The translations under genes were made by a program, and so were the position numbers. Below are positions 1 through 11,684 of a stretch of 64,000 bases of DNA, piece by piece. The stretch lies in NCBI RefSeq assembly GCF_006345805.1, contig NC_043001.1:89280001-89344000 (forward strand), read 5' to 3'. Under the pieces are notes generated by a model. It did not search any database. It was given only the letters and a program-made list of their open reading frames with translations, and had not been told where the DNA came from. How positions within the stretch are numbered: position 1 is the first letter of the stretch; every line of letters starts with the position of its first letter. This DNA is from Octopus sinensis. Lineage: Eukaryota.

Positions 1-1021
1 CTTTTACCCAAAACCAGGAACTTTTCAGCACTTCCTCATACATGTGTGTGTGTGTGTTTTTGTTTTTCCCCTTCACTGCTTGATAGCCAGCGCCTGTATG
101 TCTTCATCTCTGTAACTTACCAGCTCAGCAAAAGAGACAGATAGAATGCATGCCAGACTTTTAGTCTGCTAAACCCTTCAAGATAGTGCCCCAGGATGGC
201 TGCAGTCCAATAACTGAAACAAATAAAAGAATAAAAAGACCAACAAAATAAGTAAGCAAGGGATCCCTGGATTACACCTAGTTGCTTGATTAATTAGCTA
301 TGGGCCCCCAAGTTAGCTCAAGTTGGTGCTGCTCTAGAAACAACAACCAACTCTACATTAAACCAACAAGGCAGCCACTAAGTGGCCACTCTAGCCACAA
401 GAAATAGCAACCAAAGTTTCCTCTGATTAGACTTTCAATTAGGGCTCAACAATAAAAACAACAATGGACTTTAATCTTTGTCCAGTTAACTTTACCATTT
501 AATCTCTAATCTTATAATCTCCTTTTAGTTTATCTCAGAATGAGTGATAACACAAATTCTCACAGATCTATTAGCAGAATTTAAAATGTAATCTTTCTGT
601 AGGATAGTAAAGGCAAGTGGCCTAGTGGTTATGATGTTGGCCTCACAATCATAAGGTTGTGGGTTAAATTCACATTCAAGGAGGCATATTATATCCTTGA
701 GCAAGGTACTTCATTTCCTGTTGATCCAGGCTACTGAAACAACTGATAGTGCATATCTCTCTATCTCTCTCTCTATCTATCTCTCCCTTGCTCTCTCTTT
801 TTCTCTCACTTGCTAGCTGTTACAACCTCAATGATGCCTTGAATCAAGGGTGAGAGTTGAGAAGGTGTATATGCCTGCTCACATCTGCATAGACACCCAA
901 AGCGACAAGCAAAAGCAGGTTGCAATGTTTCAAGTCATAATCACATGCAAGTAACGGCTGTGTTTCTTTTTAGCTTGTACAACTGTTCAATTCTTTTTCT
1001 TGTACTTTATATATATTTCAG

Positions 1022-1213
1022 GGCACTTTAGATGACTATTTGGAGCTTTTCCTACAATTTGGTTATGTATTCCTGTTCTCATCTGTCTACCCACTTGCAG
1101 CATTTTGGGCTCTTCTCAACAACATATTTGAATTGCGCATTGATTCATTCAAAATGTGTTGTGTCTTCCGACGTCCATTTCCACTCTCTGCATCAAGCAT
1201 TGGTGCTTGGCAG
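1022..1213 (+). CDS. ANO10: Anoctamin-10 (TMEM16K) internal coding exon, phase 0/0
   Basis: Acceptor ...atatttcag|GGC at 1021/1022 and donor CAG|gtaagt at 1213/1214; 192 nt. Translates [64 protein letters not shown], which matches recalled ANO10 ([24 protein letters not shown]...KMCRVFKRPF...IGVWQ) better than ANO8. Confidence 0.95.
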
Positions 1214-1221
1214 GTAAGTAA

Positions 1222-1349
1222 CTGTTGTGAAGGATCTCCACTCGAAACGTTAAATCCTCCTTCTTTCTTTCCTTTCCTGGGCGTCCAATAACACTATACT
1301 TATTCCACGTCCTCACGTTGTTGAGTTTTCTCTTTGTTCATGTTTGGAT

Positions 1350-1355
<6 letters not shown>
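1222..1355 (+). mobile_element. Related Penelope-type terminal fragment directly after the ANO10 donor site, ending in (TA)n
   Basis: CTCGAAACGTTAAA...ttcctgggcg...atacac parallels the 44735-44847 layout. The 5' half of the ribozyme core is degenerate. Confidence 0.45.
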
Positions 1356-1398
<43 letters not shown>

Positions 1399-1617
1399 CA
1401 ATAAATGGTGGGGTTGTGTTGACCACACGTGGAGAAATGATAGGAGAGGGAAAATTTATAAAAAAAGCAGAATTGAAGGTAAATTTTAATAAAAATGGGT
1501 GTATGGAAAATTAAAAAAATAATAACTAAGAGTTATAAATTTTCCCTCTCCTATATATATATATATAATATATATATATATAGATATAGATATATATATG
1601 TATATGTATTTGTGTGC

Positions 1618-1674
<57 letters not shown>

Positions 1675-3133
1675 GTATAATTGAGTAACTCCTTTAATTG
1701 ATTATGAGAAAATTAATCAATTAAAGGAGTCATTGGAAACAGCCATAATGAATTGACATCTGTACCGCTTTGTTATTCACTTATATTTTATTCACCTATC
1801 CTGGAATCTACGCTTCATAAATATTATAAATAGTATTTTTAATATGAAGTACATGTCTGAATAGCTAAGAGCAGATTTCTTCCCTCAGCTGGGCCTTATT
1901 ATCTGCATACACTGCAAGCATACTATGTGGCCGGCACTTATGCACCAAGTCTGATATTCACTTAATATTGTTGAGTATACATGTTACTCAGACCTAACAA
2001 GTTGTTTCAACTGAATCTTAATTGTGTGTGTGTGTGTGTGTGTGTGTACATGTACTGGAAGGCTTCGGGTATATTTCAGTTGGTGGATGGATCGATTACC
2101 CTGTAGAATCAGGAGACAGAGAATGACAGGCAATCTAAATGAAGATATTTTTTATGACCTAAATATGTGGTATACTTACATAATTATCCAGAAATTGTAT
2201 CTGTACGAAATATAACGAGCAGGGGAGTCAACTCAGGATTTGTTTTTGCTTTCATTGAAGTATAAACATCTCCACACTCACTAGAATCCTGATTAGGGAA
2301 TATATTGCTGTACCATAATGGACGTAGGGAGATGACGGAAGATAATTACCCAGGTAGCTGTCTACGCGAAGAATATTTATTTCTTTATTGCCCATAGGGG
2401 ACTAAACATAGAGGAGACAAACATGGACAGACAAAGGGATAAAGTTGATTACATGGATTCCAGTGTGTAACTGGTACTTATTTAATCGACCCTGAAAGGA
2501 TGAAAGGCAAAGTTGACCTCGGTGGAATTCGTACATGAAGAATATTGGACAAGTAATGCCTATTATATATACAGGCATGTTGTGTATGAGGATGTGTGTG
2601 TGTGTGTGTTTGCTTGACAGCAGGTGTTGGTGTGTCTGTGTCCCATAACTTATTCAGCAGTAATGACCAATAGAATAAATATTAGACTTAGAAAAAAATA
2701 AGTACTGGGGTCGATTCGTTCAACTAAAATTTTTCCAGGCAGTACCCCAGCATAGCTGCAGTCAAATGACTGAAACAAGTAATAGATAAAAGATATATAT
2801 ATATACATACATACTCTATGTGGCACCAGCACTAGTGGGGTCATCGTGTAATTCACAAGAATAAGATTCACCTTGACTGTAGTAAAGAGGGAGGCAACTT
2901 TATGTTGGGTGTTGAGAGGTTAAAATATGAGAGATGGGTAGCAACAGGTTTCTTTCTGTAGAGGAGTTACAGGGCTACCTTGTATTATAAAAGAATGGGT
3001 AAGAATAATCCTTATGGAACTGTGAAGATAGACAAAGAGGGTGGAGGTAATGTATCAGAGCGAGGTGTTAAGTTAGAAGAAAGTGAACAGAATCAGAAGG
3101 GTGCATAGAGGTTGCAAGAGTTAGATGTAGTGA

Positions 3134-3179
<46 letters not shown>

Positions 3180-3318
3180 CTACATACATACATAATACAT
3201 ACACACAACACACATCTTTTGATCTTAAATATGCTGAAACTACACTGATTCTGGTTTCCTTACATGACCAGAATCCATGCTACACCTCAATTTCTAGAAT
3301 ACATATGTGTGTGAGCAT

Positions 3319-3370
<52 letters not shown>

Positions 3371-3377
3371 GCACGCA

Positions 3378-3418
<41 letters not shown>

Positions 3419-3713
3419 GCACACACACACACACACACACAATCAATGGTAAAGAATTGAGGTAATGTAAGAGAATTCAAAGGTGTATCATGATCCCAGT
3501 GTACAGGTGATCCATTAATTAAATACTCCAAATCATCAGAAGGATGTGGAAGGTCCGTGTGAGCATACAATAACAGGCAAAATATTTTATGTTTAATTTT
3601 CCATCTGAAACTTTCGCCAAATGTCAAACTAATATTTTCACTATGTACAACCATTTGACTTTTGCTGAGTTTGTTTTTGTTCTTGAATTTGTTGTTCAGT
3701 GCTGATTTGCTAA

Positions 3714-3764
<51 letters not shown>

Positions 3765-3913
3765 ATAAAAATGGTAAGACAACAAAAGAATGAAAGAGAC
3801 CTTGATATTATGCAAATAGAAGAATTATCTGTAAAAGTAATATGTGACAATTATTTGGTAGCCATGATAAAACATACATACATACATATTATCTTCTTTG
3901 TATACTTTACTAG

Positions 3914-4048
3914 ATGATGTTTGAATTAATGGGTAAGATAGCTGTGATGACCAATTGTATCATTATTGGATTAAACCCTCAAGTACAAAAGTTGGTGCCT
4001 GGACACCAAACACCTGTTCAACTTGTTGTCATAGTTGTAATTCTGGAG
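3914..4048 (+). CDS. ANO10: Anoctamin-10 coding exon, phase 0/0
   Basis: tttactag|ATG acceptor and GAG|gtatgt donor; 135 nt. MMFELMGKIAVMTNCIIIGLNPQVQKLVPGHQTPVQLVVIVVILE aligns to ANO10 [23 protein letters not shown]...LILIVVAVE. Confidence 0.93.
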
Positions 4049-5099
4049 GTATGTATACCTTTCCCATTCACTAGTATTAAATTTGCACTCATGTTACTAT
4101 TTGTTATGTATGCTCAATGAGGCTATCAGTATTACTGTATTATTACAAAAAATTGAACCATTGAGTGTGAGTATAACTCTCCCTAGACACAACAAAGTAT
4201 TAATGTTATATGTGGTTGTAATCTCAATATTGACATAGTTCTAACATTCCAGTATAGTTATCAACTAAATATATAGAAAATATATAGAAGTATGTAGTTA
4301 TACTTCTAACATAATTATTATAGTCCAATATAGTTATAATTCCAGTATAAGTATTGATTTAATTGAGACTCTAGAACTTTTTTAAAAATTTAAATAAGCC
4401 CTTTGCTCCTCTTATGGATCACAGACCATTGGTAACATTCCTCTACTGTTGCTGACTCTGGATTATCTTTTCTGCTTCTCATTAGTTGGATCCCTGTTGT
4501 CTTTTGGATCTTGCTACTCTGCATTATATGTTCCCCTGAGGGAAGGCCTTCCTCTCCCAGGTCTCGTTAGTTTTTGAATTGCCATTGCTGCTTCTATAAT
4601 TATGCTTTTCTTTCTAGGTAGAGGTGTTAGCCCCTATGCAAAACCATTTTTACCTTTGGGAAGAGGTGGTCCATGTTATTCTGGCCTTTGTCCTTTGACC
4701 TGTCCAGCATAGGAAGCCCAGTTCAGAACTTGCAGTCCACTGACATAGTTCTCAGAGTTATCAAGGCATGCAAGCCACCACACTGCAACAAGAACTGGAA
4801 CTTGTGATGGACAGTCATTAGAGTTGGGCATAAAATACCTTGCAGTATTTTTCCAATTCTTTGCATTCTGAGTCCAAGTCCCACTGAAGTTAACTTCACC
4901 TTTCATCCTCTTGAGGGGAATAAAAAAAATACTGATCCAGATCAGTGAAGATGCAGAACTGCAAGAACATTGAACTAGATGCTTTTGATATTTGTTCTGA
5001 CTCTTTAGATTCTGAGTTCAAATTCCACCATTGCTTATTTGGGGGTAGATTTAATCTGTTTTCCAGTTTAACACTACCACCATTACCATAATGACTTCC

Positions 5100-5387
5100 A
5101 GTTCTTTGAAAACTTATGGTTCGGCAATGAGTCTATCTTTCATCTCTCTGGTCAGGTAAACCAACACAATTGTTGAATTTGGGAAAAATCAAAACCAGCA
5201 GAAATTCTTGAACATGAATGAGACTCTCTGAAGCTGGTAGTATAGTGTGCCATGGGCAAGTGAATGATGCACTCACAAAAACTGCAAAGCCTGAGGTGTC
5301 AAATGCTGATGGCCTCACGTCTCTCCGAAAGATACCTGAAACAAAATAGAAAAAAGAAAGTGAATAGTGACTTTTGGGACACCCTGT
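5100..5387 (+). mobile_element. IS630-Tc1-mariner remnant (catalytic-region fragment plus right TIR)
   Basis: LWFGNESIFHLSGQVNQHNC*IWEKSKP.E..EHE*DS resembles FSDEA.FHLSG.VN.HN.RIW...P...EH.RDSPK; ends GGGACACCCTG|TATA. Confidence 0.65.
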
Positions 5388-5774
5388 ATATATATAATGC
5401 AAAAACACCCTGCGGACTATAATAGTCATTAAAATAGAAATATAATGCTTTGTGTATGACCCTATTTCAATAATGTTATGTTCCTGCTATAGTTATAGTT
5501 ACAATATAGCTACGGCTCCAACATAACTATAGTGCCATGTTGTTACGGCTCCTCACTCAGCTCTAGTTCTAAGATATTTATAATTCCAATCATAACATAG
5601 TTCATATGTATTTATAATTCAAACATAGTAGCAGTTCAAACATACAGTTCCAATATATCTTTATCACCAATATATGTACAGCTTCAATGTATTTGTAGTT
5701 CCAACATAGTTACTGTTCCAATATAATTGTAGTTACAATATATCTAATAGCTTCAATGTATGTATGGTTCCAAT

Positions 5775-6173
5775 AAGGGACATGCTGCCTACGTAGCCAA
5801 GGTAGGCAATGCCTACCTTGAATAAAATAGATCGGTAGCAACATTTTCCTTTTATGGTAAAATATGCACCTAATTCAATAAAATTATGAAGGTTACTCTG
5901 GTTACTAATGCATAAAATGCAAAATATTTTATTTTTTTGTAGATTAGGTAGGCATAATTTGCCCCTGCCTTTCAATCTCAGTATTTAAGCAATTCATAGC
6001 TGTAGAACACATACTGCATACATTCCTACAACGTTTTCTCTCGTGCTATAGAGGCAGAAGTAAATCTGCCTTCAACTCAGTCGCTTGCCTGTGTTTCACT
6101 TATTTTCCGTGTGTTTTACTACATAAAGGTCGCCAACTGCCTACCTTGAGTAATTACTGATGGCACGTGCCTC
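5775..6173 (+). mobile_element. hAT-like MITE, about 400 bp
   Basis: Degenerate 12-bp TIR (CAGGGACATGCC type) and internal CAAGGTAGGCA/TGCCTACCTTG palindromes. Flanks gttccaat/attccaac (6/8). Reverse complement of 21043-21443. Confidence 0.7.
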
Positions 6174-6349
6174 ATTCCAACATACTTATAGTGCCATATT
6201 TCATAGTTCCAACATTGTTACAGTTCCAGTGTATTCATAGTCCCAATATAGTTTCACTTTTAATATATTAATAATGTTTTAACATTGCATATTTAAGTTT
6301 AAAAACCCAGCAAAAAATGTTCCCAATAATTTGTATATATTTTTTCCAG

Positions 6350-6466
6350 CACATAATTTTAGCTGCTCGCTCCTTCCTGACTTATCTGATTCCTGACCTT
6401 CCAAGATGGATAGAAATTGAAGTGTATAAGGAAAGATATGAAGCTAAGAAAGCTTTAGAGAAAGTT
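6350..6466 (+). CDS. ANO10: Anoctamin-10 coding exon (end of last TM helix, IPD motif)
   Basis: tttttccag|CAC acceptor and GTT|gtaagt donor; 117 nt. HIILAARSFLTYLIPDLPRWIEIEVYKERYEAKKALEKV matches the anoctamin EH...IPD.P.W pattern. Found by reading; it is absent from the ORF track. Confidence 0.92.
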
Positions 6467-6514
6467 GTAAGTCAATGATTCATTTTATTTTGTTTCTGAT
6501 GTTATGTTTGAGAT

Positions 6515-6831
6515 CTATGGTTGGTGTGACACGGATGGACTGGATGAGGAATGAGGAGGTACGAAGATGAGCTGGAATGAGAGAAAAACTAACAACCAAA
6601 ATGGATAGACAAACGTTGAGGTGGTTTGGCCACATGGAGAGGATGGATGAGGAGTGGATGGTAAGGTGGGTGATGAAGGCAGAAGTGGTTGGCAGCAGAA
6701 CAAGAGGCAGACCTCAGTTTGTGTGGATGGACAGAATGAGGAAAGCTTTGGTGGCCAGAAGTGTTGGAGTGAAAGAGGCAAGAGAATTTATAAATGATTG
6801 GAAAGGTTGGAGAGTGTTTGTGAACAGATGA
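6515..6831 (+). mobile_element. RTE-clade LINE 3' coding fragment
   Basis: GVTRMD..RNEEVRR...LRWFGHMERMDEE...RGRPQFVWMD...W...VNR*. Confidence 0.85.
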
Positions 6832-7966
6832 GTGAATTTGATGTTGCTCAAAGGGGTATGGAACCAACATGATGCAGCATATGATGTCAGGCTCCCCTGC
6901 TGATATTGGGGGTTGTGTTGTATGCTTTGACCCAAGCATAAAATGGGGCTCACCTCTTTGAGCTAGGAAATGAATGGAATGCCTAGTGTGTGTCTTGTTG
7001 TGGTTACCTCCTCCCCAAAAAATGGAGAATAGGCCTGGGTGTATATATATATATATATATTGAAAATTTAAAAAACACCAGAGTATGAACAACTTGATTA
7101 TAAATGAAGGTGGCTGTTCGAGCAGTGGTTCTATTGGAGGAGGTTATTGTAATGATAATGTTGATGATAATGATGATGAGCGGAAGACGGAGGAGGAGTA
7201 TGACGTTAATGGTGGGGGAGTAGTAATGATTGTTTTCTACTGATCAAAATCGTTCTTGTTGTGACAACTCTGTTTTTGTAAGGACCATCTTAGATAATAT
7301 ATTATTATACATTGTCTAAAATGGTCCTTCTCTTTTATAATAGTTGTGTGTGACATGAGGGAAGTTTATTTACTGTTTCTTTCTAGTCAAACAGCTCCAT
7401 CCCCACTCCCATAAAGATGCCTTAATTTGTAGCAAATGATGGTGATGTTAACGGTTGTTTTCATGATGATTATTTTGATACTGGTTTGGATGAAGATGAT
7501 TTATTGTGGAAGAAAAGGAGGAGTCTGATGGAAATGGAACTGATGATAATTGTCGTAGTTTCAGCTAGTTCTGACTGAATAAACTTAGAAGCATTGATAC
7601 TGTAACAGGTCTCTGTCTAGAATTTGAAACCAGGACGTGTAATTTCCAAATTAGGAGGACACACCAAATTGATGATGTCAGCAGCTAAAAAACACAAACT
7701 AATGACACTCAGCAACTACACATTAAATGAACTGATGATGTAACCATTAAACTGGCCAATCAGAGTTGCTGAGGATGATCAGTCAACTTTGACATAAATG
7801 GCAAACTAAGAAAACAACAAGAGAACAGAATGCAGTCATGCATTCACATTAGGCCACTTTTCAATATCAACTGATATTTGATTGCCAGAACTATCAAATA
7901 TGAAGAGCCTGTCATCTAAAAGACCTGAACTGCAACTAACTTAAGAGTTACACTGTGACAATTGAC

Positions 7967-8013
<47 letters not shown>

Positions 8014-8076
8014 GTTCACATAACTACAGAATCAATCCACAACCAAAGAGAGATCATCTTGAGTTTTATACCTTAA

Positions 8077-8296
8077 CCCTTTAGCATTCAGGCTACTCTG
8101 TCAAATGTAATGCTTATTTACTCATGTTATTTTGAATTAATCATACATTATCTTACAGCTTTGCGATTTTGATGAGGTAACTCTTAATTTTTAGAAAGAT
8201 ATTGTAGGGTTAGTGGGAGAGGCCACATCTGGCTAGTTTGAACATAGAAGAGGTAGAATATTTTGGCCGAATATAACCAGTTTAAATGCTAAAGGG
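8077..8296. mobile_element. piggyBac-type MITE, about 220 bp
   Basis: TTAA|CCCTTTAGCATT ... AATGCTAAAGGG|TTAT. Confidence 0.8.
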
Positions 8297-8848
8297 TTAT
8301 TCCAGTATAAAGCTTATTAAATATTGTAACCAATAATATCAGTGAATTAGGAAAACGCTCTGGCTATGGGCTGGTTCTTTAGTTATGTGAACATGAGTGA
8401 GAGAGAGATTGAGTGAAATGCAAATGCCATCTGCCACAGACATACACACATATATCATATATAACTATCAGTATCATCATCATCATCACCATCATCGTTT
8501 TATGGCTGCTTTCCATGTTGATATGGGTTTAACTCTTCATCATAGACTCAGTCATTTCTTATTGGAAACCACTGATCTCATAGAGTGCCTGACACTTGTA
8601 AAGTCCATTTCCTTCATTAACCAAGGCACAAAACTCTGCCTGCATAACATCCATCATCAACATGTCAACAGCAACTTTTTAAGACTATGCTAAGAATTTC
8701 TTGGTGTTAGAACATCACAAACGAATGTCATAGAAAATACCAGGTTGAGTAATTTACCAGATACGATCAGTGTAAGATGGTAGATACTATCACTTTAAGA
8801 CGTATCCCCTCCACCCAAATTACTGGCCTTCTACCAAAATTTGAAACC

Positions 8849-8881
<33 letters not shown>

Positions 8882-8885
8882 GTTA

Positions 8886-9106
8886 AGGTGGTGAGCTGGT
8901 AGAATCATTAGCATGCTAGGTGAAATGCTTTGCAGTATTTCATCTGCCACTACATTCTGAGTTCAAATTCTGCTGAGGTCAACTTTGCATTTCATCCTTT
9001 CGGAGTTGATAAATTAAGTACAAGTTGAATACTGGGTACAGTGTGATTGACTGTCCTCCTCCCCACAAAACCCAGGCCTTATGCCTATAGTAGAAAGGAT
9101 TATTAT

Positions 9107-9138
<32 letters not shown>

Positions 9139-9970
9139 AGGTGGTGAGCTGGCAGAATTGTTAGCATGCTGGGTGAATGCTTAGTGATATTTTGTCTACT
9201 GCTACGTTCTGAGTTCAAATTCTGCCAAGGTCAACTTTGCTTTTCATCCTTTCAGGGTCGATAAATTAAGTATCAGTGAAACACGGGGTTCGATGTAATC
9301 AACTAGTCCCCTCCCCTAAATTTCAGGTCTTGAACCTATAGTAGAAAGGATTATTATTATTATTACTTCTACTACTAAGGCGGCAAGCTGGTAGAATTGT
9401 TAGCACGCTGGGCGAAATGCTTAGCAGCATTTCATCCATCTTGATGTTCTGAGTTCAAATTCCACTCAGGTCGACTTTGCCTTTCATCCTTTAGGTGTCA
9501 GCAAAATAAGTACTAGTTGAGAACTAAGGATGATGTAATAAACTTGTCCCCACACCCCAAAATTTCAGGCCTTGTGCCTGTAGTAGAAAGAATTATGAAT
9601 TATTGTTATTTAAGGCAACAAGCAAGCAGAATCATTTATCGACCCTGAAAGGATGAAAAGCAAAGTTGATCTTGCCAGAATTTGAACTCGGAATGTAGCA
9701 GCAGACAAAATATCACTAAGCATTTCACCCAGCAGGCTAACGATTCTACCAGCTCACCGCCTTATTAGTAGTAGTAGTAGTAATCTTTAGTATGTTCGGT
9801 AAAGTACTCAGCAGCATTTCATCTGTCTTTACGTTCTGAGTTCAAATTCTCCTGAGGTTGACTTTGCCTTTCTTCCTTTCGTAGTTGATAAAATAAGTAC
9901 CAGTCAAGTACTGGGGTTGATGTAATTGACTTGCCCCTCACCTCAAAATCTGCTGGCCCAGTACCAACAT
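8886..9970. mobile_element. Array of five tRNA-derived SINEs (family A) in the last ANO10 intron, one inverted
   Basis: Repeated head AAGG(C/T)GGCGAGCTGGCAGAATCGTTAGC, B-box-like GAGTTCAAATTC, core GACTTTGCCTTTCATCCTTTCGGGGTCGATAAA and (ATT)/(ACT)n tails. The copy at about 9636-9763 is on minus. Confidence 0.85.
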
Positions 9971-10303
9971 TGGGGCTAATGTAGATTCGTACCTCACCTT
10001 GAAAAATGCATTTTTCTCAACAAGTTTTATTCGGATTCCTAGGTTTTGCGTATTGGAGATTAAACCCCCACCCTCAAACTATCCCCCTCCCTCCAATTTT
10101 AAATGTGTTGTTGTATATTAAAGTATGGAAATTTCATTAAGCAGGTATGTAATGTGGAAAAATACAGGGATTTTAACAATATCGAAACAACAATTTCTAT
10201 ATTTTAGCCAAATGAACACAGAAGTGCACTTTACATACCTGCTTTAATGAAATTTCCACACTTCAGTATACAACAATACAGTTTAATACAGTTCTATATT
10301 TAA

Positions 10304-10522
10304 CCCTTTAGTATTTAAACCGGCCATATCCGGCTAAAATATTTAATCTGTTTTATGTTCAAACTGACCAGATCCAGGCCCTCACACCTACCCTACAATG
10401 TTATTCTACATTAAGTAATTACACCATCAAGATCTTGAAGATATGAGATAATGCATGATTAATTCAAATCAATGTGAATCAATAAGCATTATGTTTGATA
10501 GAATAATCTGAACACTAAAGGG
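10304..10522. mobile_element. piggyBac-type MITE, opposite orientation to 8077-8296
   Basis: TTAA on both sides; CCCTTTAG...CTAAAGGG termini. Confidence 0.85.
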
Positions 10523-10526
10523 TTAA

Positions 10527-10800
10527 GAGATGAGGAATTATGTACATTATTTACATTCGATGGATATTTGTCCTCATCTTGTTTGTTGTTAACACAACGC
10601 TTCAGCTGTTATACCCTCCAGCCTTCATCAGGTGTCTTGGGGAAATTTCGAACCTGGGTTCTCATTCCTAAGGTATTTTTCAATGTTATTGTTATTATTA
10701 TTAACCACTATTATTAACCAGTATGCCACGGGCATATGGCATACTGGTTAAGAGCGTGGGCTACTAACCCCAAGATTCCGAGTTCAATTCCAGGCAGCTA
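10527..10800. mobile_element. tRNA-like head (10731-10800, +) joined back-to-back to a Penelope-type tail with a hammerhead motif (10527-10715, -)
   Basis: Head has A-box-like TGGCATACTGG and B-box-like GAGTTCAATTCC. The tail on minus reads (AAT)n...GACAC CTGATGA A GGCTG-loop-CAGCT GAAGCGT T GTGTT. Confidence 0.7.
10591..10636 (-). ncRNA. Minimal type I hammerhead ribozyme motif with two core lesions
   Basis: Stem I GACAC/GTGTT, canonical CUGAUGA plus extra A, stem II GGCTG/CAGCT. GAAGCGTT stands where GAAACGTT is expected. Confidence 0.7.
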
Positions 10801-10873
10801 ATATTTTACAACCAAGATACAAATGAATAAGACTGCTTTGTTATTTTCTTATTTCTTTTTTTTTTTATTCCAG

Positions 10874-10924
10874 AAAATTCAAAATGCCATGAAAAGAAAA
10901 CATGAGCAGCAAGCAACTTCTTAA
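10874..10924 (+). CDS. ANO10: Probable terminal coding exon of anoctamin-10 (KIQNAMKRKHEQQATS*)
   Basis: Very strong polypyrimidine tract ttttcttatttcttttttttttattccag ending at 10873. The phase 0 frame gives 16 charged/polar residues then TAA at 10922-10924. Assigned from splice signal and phase, not from sequence homology. Confidence 0.7.
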   Translation, partial: KIQNAMKRKHEQQATS

Positions 10925-11320
10925 GTAAACACTATATCGGATGAGGTATAAAGTGTACATTACACACACACACACACAAACACACATACCCATGCTGCAG
11001 ATATATATCAATAACTCTTACTAATCTAAAGATGATTTCAGTAATGTCGTGCCTTCATTAAAAATTCTGAGTTCCTCACTTCTTATAACATCTGATATCA
11101 ATAACCTTTCATTTTTAAGATACACCAAAACATGAAATATTTTAGTGAACAATTGAACACCCGTCCACCTTTTAATCTATATTTATATGAAATAAATTGA
11201 CTGAACTGCTGAAAGCATCTATTGAAGAAATGAACTTTTAAATTAAGCCTCACAGATGGTAGAAGTAGTAGTGGTAGTGGTAGTAGTAGTAGCAGCAGCA
11301 GCAGCAGTGGCAGCAGCAGT

Positions 11321-11651
11321 AATTTCAAATTTTGATACACCCAACTTTCTTTGAGGGGAGGGAGAGGTCAATTACATCAACCCCAGTACTTGACCAGTAC
11401 CTACTTTACCAACTCTGAAAGGGTGAAAGGCAAAGATGACCTCAGCAGAATTCGAACTCAAAATCTAAAGACAGATGAAATGTCACATTTCATACATCTC
11501 TGTGTTCTGAGTTCAGATTCCCCTGAGGCTGATTTTGCCTTTCATCCTCCCAGAATTAATAAAATAAGTACGTATTGACTGATGGGGTTCGATGTAATCG
11601 ACTTATCCCCTCCCTTGAACTTGCTGGCCATGTGCCAAAACTTGAAACCAA

Positions 11652-11684
<33 letters not shown>

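Noticed and set aside
974-1021. Upstream in-frame alternative acceptor adding 16 aa to the ANO10 exon
   Set aside because: The added residues are just the polypyrimidine tract; homology starts at 1022.
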